Below are positions 8,557 through 15,716 of a stretch of DNA of 34,696 nucleotides, one piece after another. The notes below the pieces were generated by a model that made no database searches, had not been told where the DNA came from, and worked only from the letters and a program-made list of their open reading frames with translations. Position 1 is the stretch's first letter; every line of letters begins with the position of its first letter. Source of the DNA: Betaproteobacteria bacterium (GTDB lineage Bacteria > Pseudomonadota > Gammaproteobacteria > Burkholderiales > SG8-39); NCBI GenBank assembly GCA_005884335.1, contig VBCJ01000004.1, positions 480 through 35,175 of the forward strand, written 5' to 3'. A program made the translations under genes and the position numbers.

Positions 8557-9575
8557 AGTCCGACCTCTCTGCGCACGAGCGCGGCCCCCGCGGCGAGGGC
8601 CTTCAGCTTGCCCAGCGCGACCTCGCGCGCGAGCGGCACCATGCCGCAGTTGGTGCAAGGATAGAGCCTTTCCGGCGGCACGAATCTCATTGCCGAGCGG
8701 ATCGTCGCCGCGACTTGCTCGGGCTTCTCGACGGTGTCGTTCGCGACGTCGATGGCGCCGACGAGGACGTCCTTGCCTTTGAGAAGCGCGAGCAACTCGA
8801 GCGGAACGTGCGAACTCGCGCACTCGAGCGAGACCTGGGCGATCTTCGATCGGGCGAGCAGAGGAAAGGTGGACTCGTATTGCCGCCACTCGGAGCCGAG
8901 GGTCTTCTTCCAGTCGATGTTCGCCTTGATTCCATAGCCATAGCAGATGTGCACCGCGGTCTTGCATTTAAGGCCCGCCGCGGCCGCTTCCAGCGCCGCT
9001 ATGCCCCAGGCGGCGACTTCGTCCATGTAGACGTTGAAGGCCGGCTCGTCGAACTGGATCACGTCGGCGCCGGCCCGCTCGAGCTCGCTCGCCTCCTGGT
9101 TGAGGATCGCTGCGAATTCGCGCGCGAGCTTCTCGCGGTTGCGGTAGTGGTTGTCGTAGAGCGTGTCCACCATCGTCATCGGACCGGGGAGGGAGAGCTT
9201 GATCGGGCGCTTCGTCTGCCCCCGGAGGAAGCGAAGGTCCTCGACGAACACCGGTTTGCCGCGCCCCACGGGTCCCACCACCACCGGCACGTCCGCGTCG
9301 TAGCGATTGCGGATGCGCACGGTGCGCCTGTGCTCGAAATCGACGCCCTTCAAGCTCTCGATGAACGTCGTAACGAAGTGCCTTCGTGTCTGCTCGCCGT
9401 CTGTGACGATATCGATGCCTGCGGCTTCCTGGTCGGCGAGCAGCAGGCGCATGGCATCGCGCTTGCCTTCCTCGAGGAGATCCCCTTCGAGGAGCCACGG
9501 CGCCCAGAGCTTTTTCGGCTCGGCGAGCCAGCCCGGCTTGGGAAGACTGCCGGCGATGGTAGTTTGCAGCAGCAA
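8553..9575 (-). CDS. Short (core) cobalamin-independent methionine synthase-family protein (Meth_synt_2-like), 340 aa
   Basis: The TTG start gives (M)LLQTTIAGSLPKPGWL, typical of about 340-aa single-barrel MetE homologues. Zn motifs AVHICYGYG and PCTNCGM are present. Its stop overlaps the phoA ATG as ATGA (8553-8556). Confidence 0.8.
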   Translation of the reverse strand: MLLQTTIAGSLPKPGWLAEPKKLWAPWLLEGDLLEEGKRDAMRLLLADQEAAGIDIVTDGEQTRRHFVTTFIESLKGVDFEHRRTVRIRNRYDADVPVVVGPVGRGKPVFVEDLRFLRGQTKRPIKLSLPGPMTMVDTLYDNHYRNREKLAREFAAILNQEASELERAGADVIQFDEPAFNVYMDEVAAWGIAALEAAAAGLKCKTAVHICYGYGIKANIDWKKTLGSEWRQYESTFPLLARSKIAQVSLECASSHVPLELLALLKGKDVLVGAIDVANDTVEKPEQVAATIRSAMRFVPPERLYPCTNCGMVPLAREVALGKLKALAAGAALVRREVGL

Positions 9576-9579
9576 GGGC

Positions 9580-10416
9580 CTACGCGCGCGAAGCGACGTC
9601 CCACGAAGCGAAGCCGCAGCCGACGTACACCTCGGGACAGTTGCAGTAGCCGATCAGCTCGAAGCCACGCTTGCCTGCGGCACCGTGTGCCGCGACCCAA
9701 TTGCGGATCTCGGCCGCGCCGTTACCGATGGTGGGCAGGCGCTCGTTCAGGAAGTCGATCAAAGGGCGCTCGTCGCCCTTCTCGAAGTGGCGGATGCATT
9801 CCCGGTCGAACGGCTCGTCGATTTCGCCCATCGTGGGCTCCCCGATCGAGTGGCTCAGGCCCCCGGTGGCGAGGAGCGCCACGCGGATGTCTTCGGGGTA
9901 GGTGCGCACGGCTTCGGCGAGCATCGTTCCCCATTGCAGGCAGCGCCGCACGCTCGGATACGGCGGCTCCAGATCGTTGATGATGATGGGGACGATGGGC
10001 GGCAGCGGGTCGAGCCCGCCCCTCCACAGCGGAATGCAGAAGCCGTGGTCGAGTGTCAGGTGGTGCGACACCGAGGGCTCGAAGTCGCGCTCGAGCGCGG
10101 TTTGCAGGATGTGATTCGCGAGCTTCGGATGTCCGGCGATCTTCTTGAAGGGGCAGTCCTTCATCCACGGCTCGGCGGGGCCTTCGTGCTCCTCGCCCAT
10201 GCCGACGCAGATGCTCGGAAGGTTGTTGATGAAGAAATTCACCCAGTGGTCGGGGGCGATCTCGATCAGCACGTCGGGCTTGGCGGCCTTGATGCGTCTG
10301 CCGAGCTCGGTCAGCGAGCTCGTGAGTTCCCGCTGATTCGCCGGTTTGACGTCTTTCCAGCCGCGGATGATGAGCGGGGCATGACTCGAGGCGAACACTC
10401 CGGCCAGCTTAGCCAT
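9580..10416 (-). CDS. Class III extradiol dioxygenase beta (LigB-type catalytic) subunit, 278 aa
   Basis: MAKLAGVFASSHAPLI, IAPDHWVNFF and ATGGLSHSIG are present. It lies directly downstream of a LigA-like small subunit gene and overlaps it by 8 nt. Confidence 0.85.
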   Translation of the reverse strand: MAKLAGVFASSHAPLIIRGWKDVKPANQRELTSSLTELGRRIKAAKPDVLIEIAPDHWVNFFINNLPSICVGMGEEHEGPAEPWMKDCPFKKIAGHPKLANHILQTALERDFEPSVSHHLTLDHGFCIPLWRGGLDPLPPIVPIIINDLEPPYPSVRRCLQWGTMLAEAVRTYPEDIRVALLATGGLSHSIGEPTMGEIDEPFDRECIRHFEKGDERPLIDFLNERLPTIGNGAAEIRNWVAAHGAAGKRGFELIGYCNCPEVYVGCGFASWDVASRA

Positions 10417-10690
10417 GGCTCGATCTCGCCGCGGCGTCGGCCCCGGCGGTTCTCACTTTTTTCAGGAAATCCGCTTCGGACATTCCGGAGACCACGAAAT
10501 AGAACCGGAGCAGGTAAGGGTTGACTCGCGACGCGAGGAAGGCTACGTCGTCGCGCTCGACCGCGGTCCGCACTTCGGGCTTCAGCGGATAGCGGTCGAG
10601 AATCTTCTTCCGGTTGGCGCGGTACTCGTCGCCGAGCACCGGGGAGCTCTGAAGATCGAAGAAGAGCTTGCTCAGCCAATAGTCTCTCAT
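10409..10690 (-). CDS. LigA-like small (alpha) subunit of a LigAB-type extradiol dioxygenase, 93 aa
   Basis: The small protein MRDYWLSKLFFDLQSSPVLGDEYRANRKKILDRYPLKPEVRTAVERDDVAFLASRVNPYLLRFYF matches the LigA / aromatic-ring-opening dioxygenase small-subunit pattern. It sits immediately 5' of the LigB gene. Confidence 0.75.
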   Translation of the reverse strand: MRDYWLSKLFFDLQSSPVLGDEYRANRKKILDRYPLKPEVRTAVERDDVAFLASRVNPYLLRFYFVVSGMSEADFLKKVRTAGADAAARSSHG

Positions 10691-10716
10691 GGCGCTATTT
10701 TGCCATGAGCGCGGCG

Positions 10717-11460
10717 CTACTGTTTCGTCCCCCGATCCCGGGTGAGAGGCACGAACCTCACCGGCAGGGTGCGCCTCGTCGTCGTGCGGCCGTCGGATTG
10801 TTTTTCCACGAGCAGGAGATGCTGCACGTCCGATGATCCGCCCACCGGGATCACCATTCGTCCGCCGGGCTTGAGCTGGTCGATCAGCGGCTGCGGTACC
10901 GCCGCGGGCGCCGCTGTGACGATGATGGCGTCGAAGGGCGCGGCGGCGGGCCAGCCTCCGTAGCCGTCGCCGATGCGCACGTCGACGTTCCGGTAACCCA
11001 GCTCGCCGAGAAGCTGCAACGCCCGTTTTCCGAGCGGCGCGACGATCTCGATCGTGTAGACTTTCGCGACGAGTTCAGCGAGCACCGCCGCCTGGTAACC
11101 CGAGCCCGTTCCGACCTCGAGCACGGTATCCGTCGGCTTGGGATCGAGCAAATCGGTCATCAGCGCGACGATGTAGGGCTGCGAGATCGTCTGGCCCTCG
11201 CCGATCGGCAGCGGGCGATTCTCGTAGGCGAGATTGTCCTGCGAGGCGGGGACGAAGCGGTGGCGCGGGACTTTCCCCATGGCCGCCATCACCGCGTCGC
11301 TGAATATCGGTCGCCCGGTTTCAGCGCCGGTTTCACGCGCCATCGCGGCTATTTCCGCGACCATTCGCGCGCGGGCCGCTGCGCGCTGATCCTGGGCGTC
11401 AGAGGGTTGGGAGTGGGTCACTGCGAGCAGGAAAAGCGCGGAGAGCAGGACGGCCGGCAT
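10717..11460 (-). CDS. pcm: Protein-L-isoaspartate(D-aspartate) O-methyltransferase family protein with hydrophobic N-terminal extension
   Basis: VPRHRFVP, GEGQTISQPYIVALMTDLL and the SAM motif VLEVGTGSGYQAAVLA are present. The N-terminus MPAVLLSALFLLAVTHSQPSDAQ looks like a signal or anchor. An alternative internal start at 11364 (MVAEIAAM) would give a canonical cytoplasmic protein. Confidence 0.85.
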   Translation of the reverse strand: MPAVLLSALFLLAVTHSQPSDAQDQRAAARARMVAEIAAMARETGAETGRPIFSDAVMAAMGKVPRHRFVPASQDNLAYENRPLPIGEGQTISQPYIVALMTDLLDPKPTDTVLEVGTGSGYQAAVLAELVAKVYTIEIVAPLGKRALQLLGELGYRNVDVRIGDGYGGWPAAAPFDAIIVTAAPAAVPQPLIDQLKPGGRMVIPVGGSSDVQHLLLVEKQSDGRTTTRRTLPVRFVPLTRDRGTKQ

Positions 11461-11473
11461 GGCGCGCCCGAGT

Positions 11474-12169
11474 TCAGGCGACCACCAGGGTGGTCAGGCG
11501 CTGCGGATCGGCAAGCAGATCCGCGCTCGGACCGCTGTAGGCGATGCGGCCGCGGTTGAGCACGAGCGCGCTTTGCGTGACTCCGAGTGCAACTTTGGCG
11601 TGCTGCTCGACCAGCACGACCGCAAGCGAGTCCTCGTTGATCAGGCGCTGCAAGGCCTGGAGCAGGACCTCGACGATGATGGGCGCGAGCCCTTCGAGAG
11701 GCTCGTCCATGAGCAGCAAGGTCGGGTTGCCCATCAGCGCTCGCCCGATCGCGAGCATCTGCTGCTCGCCGCCCGAGATCTGGTTGCCCCAGTGCCCGCG
11801 CCGCTCGGCGAGCTTCGGAAAGAGATCGTAGACGCGTGCCAGCGTCCAGCGGCCGGGGCGCGTGGCGACGGTGAGGTTCTCCTCGACCGAGAGGGAAGGG
11901 AAGATGTCGCGCGTCTGCGGCACGAGGCCCACGCCCAGCCGGCAGCGTTCGTAGACGGGCAGCCCCGCGATCGGCTTGCCTTGGTATTCGATGCTTCCCG
12001 CGTGAAAAGTCGTGTGACCCATGATGGTCGCGAGGAGCGTAGTCTTGCCGACGCCGTTCCGTCCCAGTACCGCAAGGGCGCCGCGCTCCGGCAGCTCGAA
12101 CGCGATGTCTTCGAGGACCACGGTTTCGCCGTAACCGGCGCGCACGTCGCGCAGGCTGAGCTCAGCCAT
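11474..12169 (-). CDS. livF: Branched-chain amino acid (HAAT-family) ABC transporter ATP-binding protein LivF-type
   Basis: MAELSLRDVRAGYG, Walker A GRNGVGKTT, signature ISGGEQQML and LLLMDEP are present. It overlaps the livG stop by 8 nt. Confidence 0.9.
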   Translation of the reverse strand: MAELSLRDVRAGYGETVVLEDIAFELPERGALAVLGRNGVGKTTLLATIMGHTTFHAGSIEYQGKPIAGLPVYERCRLGVGLVPQTRDIFPSLSVEENLTVATRPGRWTLARVYDLFPKLAERRGHWGNQISGGEQQMLAIGRALMGNPTLLLMDEPLEGLAPIIVEVLLQALQRLINEDSLAVVLVEQHAKVALGVTQSALVLNRGRIAYSGPSADLLADPQRLTTLVVA

Positions 12170-12917
12170 GATGCTGCTCTCCGAGATAAACCTGATGCAC
12201 CCGCCGGTCTTTTGCGATCTCCTCCGGCGGCCCCTCGACCAGCACCTCGCCCTGCACCATGACGGTGATGCGCCGCGCGAAGCGAAACACGAGGTCCATG
12301 TCGTGCTCGATGATCAGGATGGCAATATGCTTGGGCAGATTGTCGAGCACTTGCAGGATGCGATGCGATTCGAGCGAGGGCACGCCCGCTGCCGGCTCGT
12401 CGAGCAGCAGAACGCGCGGTTTCAGCCCGAGCGCGATCGCGATCTCGACGAGGCGCTGCTTGCCGTAGGGCAGGTCGACGATGCGAACGCTCGCGTCCTC
12501 GGCGAGCCCGAGCGTGGCGAGCAGGTCCATGCTCTCGGCGCACACATCGGCATGTGTGCTTGCCGCACGCAGCATGCGCCGCGCGACGCCGCGGCGCTCC
12601 GCCACCGCCAGCGCCACGTTGTCGATCACGGCGAGGCGGCGGAACAGCGCATTGATCTGGAAGGTCCGGCCGAGCCCGCGCTTCACCCGCTTCGCCTGTC
12701 CCATGGCGGTGATGTCCTCCCCGCCCAGCACGATCCTGCCGGAGGACGGCGGCAGCGCCCCGGTGAGCATGTTGACGAAGGTGGTTTTTCCGGCGCCGTT
12801 CGGACCGATCAAGGCATGGCGTGCGCCGGTCTCCAGCCGGAAATTGATGTCGTCCGCCACGGTGAGCGCGCCGAAGCTCTTGCACAAGCCGCGCGTTTCG
12901 AGAGCGGCGGCGCTCAC
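12162..12917 (-). CDS. livG: HAAT-family ABC transporter ATP-binding protein LivG-type
   Basis: The GTG at 12917 gives VSAAALETRGLCKSFGALTV, Walker A GPNGAGKTT and LLLDEPAAG. The GTG overlaps the livM stop as GTGA. The 563-aa ORF-track version is a spurious upstream extension. Confidence 0.88.
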   Translation of the reverse strand: MSAAALETRGLCKSFGALTVADDINFRLETGARHALIGPNGAGKTTFVNMLTGALPPSSGRIVLGGEDITAMGQAKRVKRGLGRTFQINALFRRLAVIDNVALAVAERRGVARRMLRAASTHADVCAESMDLLATLGLAEDASVRIVDLPYGKQRLVEIAIALGLKPRVLLLDEPAAGVPSLESHRILQVLDNLPKHIAILIIEHDMDLVFRFARRITVMVQGEVLVEGPPEEIAKDRRVHQVYLGEQHHG

Positions 12918-13798
12918 GGCCTGCCCCGCAGTTTCACGAGCGCCCCATCGAGGATGCCGAGGATACCACCGCGGGCGAACATCACCACGAGCACGAGCAT
13001 CGTCCCGATGCCGAAGTACCAGTACTCCGGAAATTGCTTGGCGAGAAAATCCTGCGCGATCAGATACACGACCGGCCCGACGAACGCGCCGTAGATGCGT
13101 CCGACTCCGCCCAGGATCAGCATCACCAGCAGCTCGCCGGCGGACTCGAAGGAGAGCACGTTCAGCCCGACGAACTGATTGGTCTGGGTGATCAGGCCTC
13201 CGGCGGCACCGGCGATCGTGGCCGAGAGCGTGTAGACCAGCACCAGGCGCCAATAGACCGGCGCGCCGATCGCGTGCATGCGCAGGCTGTTTTCGCGCAC
13301 CCCGGTGAGCGAAGTCCCGAACGGCGAATAGATCATTTTTCTCACCAGCCACCATCCGAGGAGCAGCACGAGAAGGCAATAGAGATAAGCGGTCTTGCCG
13401 AAGATATCGAACCTGAACAAGCCCAGAATGGGCGCAACGACGACGCCGGAAAGGCCGTCCGCGCCACCGGTGAGCGTGGTTGCCTTGTTGGCGATCTCCA
13501 GAAGAACGGAGGCCGCGCCGAGCTGCACCACTGGATCGCCGATTCCCGCTTTCGCGGCGAGGATCCCCGCGACGTAGGCGCCCAGGCCGAAATAGGCGCT
13601 GTGGCCGAGCGTGATGATTCCCGCATACCCGACGATCAGATCGAGCGACAGGGCGTAGAGAATGTAGATCAGGATTCGCGCCCCGAGGGAAAGATACTCG
13701 GGCAGCGCGAAGAAGGCCACGATGGCGACGATCCACGGAAGGGACTCGATCCAGCGGATGCGGGGATCCGCGCTGTAGCCTCCTGCGTGGGCGCTCAC
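12914..13798 (-). CDS. livM: HAAT-family ABC transporter permease LivM-type
   Basis: The GTG at 13798 gives VSAHAGGYSADPRIRWIESLPWIVAIVAFFALPEYLS. The protein is hydrophobic and multi-spanning, with LDLIVGYAGIITLGHSAYFGLGAY. It overlaps the livH stop as GTGA. Confidence 0.85.
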   Translation of the reverse strand: MSAHAGGYSADPRIRWIESLPWIVAIVAFFALPEYLSLGARILIYILYALSLDLIVGYAGIITLGHSAYFGLGAYVAGILAAKAGIGDPVVQLGAASVLLEIANKATTLTGGADGLSGVVVAPILGLFRFDIFGKTAYLYCLLVLLLGWWLVRKMIYSPFGTSLTGVRENSLRMHAIGAPVYWRLVLVYTLSATIAGAAGGLITQTNQFVGLNVLSFESAGELLVMLILGGVGRIYGAFVGPVVYLIAQDFLAKQFPEYWYFGIGTMLVLVVMFARGGILGILDGALVKLRGRP

Positions 13799-14670
13799 GC
13801 GTGCCGCCCGAACAGCCCGGAGGGCCGCCACAGCAGGATAGCGATCGTGGCAACGTAGATGGGGAAAGCGCCGTATTGCGGCAGCCAATACTTGCAAGCG
13901 GTGTCGGCGATTCCGATCAGGAGCGCCGCGACGAACGGCCCGCGCAGGCTTCCCAGGCCTCCCACCGAGACCACGACCAGAAAATACACGAGGTTTTCGA
14001 ACGGATAGGAAGGCTGGATCGCGATGATCTCCGCGCCGAGCCCGCCGCCGAGTCCCGCGAGTCCGCTGCCGAGCGCGAAGGTGAGCGTGAACAGGCGCTT
14101 GGTGTTGATTCCGACCGACTGCGCCATGGCGCGGTTGTCCACCGTGGCGCGTACCATGGCCCCCCAGCGCGTGCGCTCGACGCCGAACCACAAGAGCGCC
14201 ACCATGACCGCGCTGAAGACGATGATGAACACCCGGTAAGCCGGGAAATCGCGGCCGAGGAGCGGAAACTGGCCCTTCAGATAATCGGGCAGCGCGACCG
14301 GCTGCTGCAGCGTTCCGTAGATGAAGCGCGCGACGGCGACCGCGATGAAGATCAGGCCGATGGTGAAGAGCACCTGCTCGAGGTCGCTCGCTGCATAGAG
14401 TCTCGAGTACAGGAGCCGCTCGAGGACCACGCTGGCGGCCGCAACAAAAGCGAAGGCGAGCACGAGCGCCAGCGGAAAGGGCACGCCGAAGCGCGAGATC
14501 GCAGTGGTCAGGACGTAACCGCCCGCCATGGCGAACACTCCATGCGCGAGGTTGGCGAAGCCCATCAGGCCCATGGTGACCGACAAGCCGACCGAGATCA
14601 CGTACAGGATCATGCCCAGGGCGGCGCCGTGAAAGGCGACGCTGACGAGCGATGCGAAGAAAGCCTCCAA
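13795..14670 (-). CDS. livH: HAAT-family ABC transporter permease LivH-type
   Basis: The TTG start at 14670 is preceded by GGGAGGG 4 nt upstream. The sequence (M)EAFFASLVSVAFHGAALGMILYVISVGLSVTMGLMGFANLAHGVF is typical of LivH. Confidence 0.88.
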   Translation of the reverse strand: MEAFFASLVSVAFHGAALGMILYVISVGLSVTMGLMGFANLAHGVFAMAGGYVLTTAISRFGVPFPLALVLAFAFVAAASVVLERLLYSRLYAASDLEQVLFTIGLIFIAVAVARFIYGTLQQPVALPDYLKGQFPLLGRDFPAYRVFIIVFSAVMVALLWFGVERTRWGAMVRATVDNRAMAQSVGINTKRLFTLTFALGSGLAGLGGGLGAEIIAIQPSYPFENLVYFLVVVSVGGLGSLRGPFVAALLIGIADTACKYWLPQYGAFPIYVATIAILLWRPSGLFGRHA

Positions 14671-14691
14671 ACGTCCCTCCCGGGTTTGCGG

Positions 14692-15657
14692 CTAATCCAC
14701 CTTGACGCCGACGTCTCTCACCAGCTTTCCGTACTTCTCGTAATCGCGCCGGATCAAGGCCGCGAATTCCGCAGCCGTGGTCACGTAGGCCTCGAGTCCC
14801 CCCGCGGCGTTGAGCCTGCTCCTTGTTTCAGTCTCGGCGAGCACCTTGTTGACCTCGGCGTGGAGCTTGGCGAGCACGGCTTCGGGCGTTCCTGCGGCCG
14901 CAAACAAGCCCAGCCAGATCGTGACCTCGTAGCCGGGGTAGAACTCGGAAATGGTCGGCAAGTCGGGAAAGAGCGCCGAGCGCTGCGAGCCCGTCACCGC
15001 AAGGGCACGCAGCCTGCCCGCCTTGATCTGAGGAGCGCTCGAGGTGCCGGAAAACATCGCGGCCACCTCGCCTGCGACGGTTGCCGTTGCGGCAGGAGTG
15101 CCACCCTTGTAAGGCACGTGTATGAGGTCGATGCTCGCGCGCTGCTTGAGCATTTCCATGGCCAGCTGGTGGATGCTGCCGTTGCCCCCCGAGGCGTACG
15201 CGAGCGGCGGGCGGGCTTGGCGCGCGTGCTCGACGAATTCTCTGAAATTCTTGACCGGAACGGAAGGGTTGACGGACAGCACCCATTGATTCGATACGAC
15301 CGATGCAACCGGCGCAAGGTCTTTGAGGGGATCCGTCTGCATCTCCTTGTACAAATGCGGGTTGATGGTGATCATGCTGTCGGCGAGCAGCGCCAGCGTG
15401 TAGCCATCGGGGGTGGAGTTTGCGACGAGATCCATCGCGATGTTGCCGTTCGAGCCCGGTCGGTTTTCCACGACCACCGGCTGGCCGGCCCACTCGGAGA
15501 GCCGCTGTCCGATGACCCGCGCCGAAATATCGGGTGCGCCCCCCGGCGGAATCGGCACGATCAGCTTGATCGGCCGCAATGGGTATTGCGCCCACGAAGC
15601 GACCGAGAACAAGGCCGCGAATGCGAGCGCAGTGAAACGCCTGGGAGCTGTCCTCAT
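14692..15657 (-). CDS. Bug/TctC-family tripartite tricarboxylate transporter substrate-binding protein, full length with signal peptide
   Basis: The signal peptide is MRTAPRRFTALAFAALFSVASWAQ. Bug hallmarks are present: PIKLIVPIPPGGAPDISARVIGQRL, VVVENRPGSNGNIA and VPYKGGTPAATA. Its stop lies 21 nt upstream of the livH start. Confidence 0.9.
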   Translation of the reverse strand: MRTAPRRFTALAFAALFSVASWAQYPLRPIKLIVPIPPGGAPDISARVIGQRLSEWAGQPVVVENRPGSNGNIAMDLVANSTPDGYTLALLADSMITINPHLYKEMQTDPLKDLAPVASVVSNQWVLSVNPSVPVKNFREFVEHARQARPPLAYASGGNGSIHQLAMEMLKQRASIDLIHVPYKGGTPAATATVAGEVAAMFSGTSSAPQIKAGRLRALAVTGSQRSALFPDLPTISEFYPGYEVTIWLGLFAAAGTPEAVLAKLHAEVNKVLAETETRSRLNAAGGLEAYVTTAAEFAALIRRDYEKYGKLVRDVGVKVD

Positions 15658-15716
15658 GCTGTCTCCTCAATGTCCAGCCTGCGATGCTATGATATTCGAC
15701 GCCCCGGTAAAACGAC

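Noticed and set aside
7084-8664. Long alternative ORFs in the phoA region: 526 aa on the plus strand, 426 aa on the minus strand, and the 601-aa extended phoA frame
   Set aside because: The PhoA reading frame starting at 8556 has a signal peptide and catalytic motifs. The others are shadow ORFs. The 601-aa extension runs through the preceding MetE-like gene.
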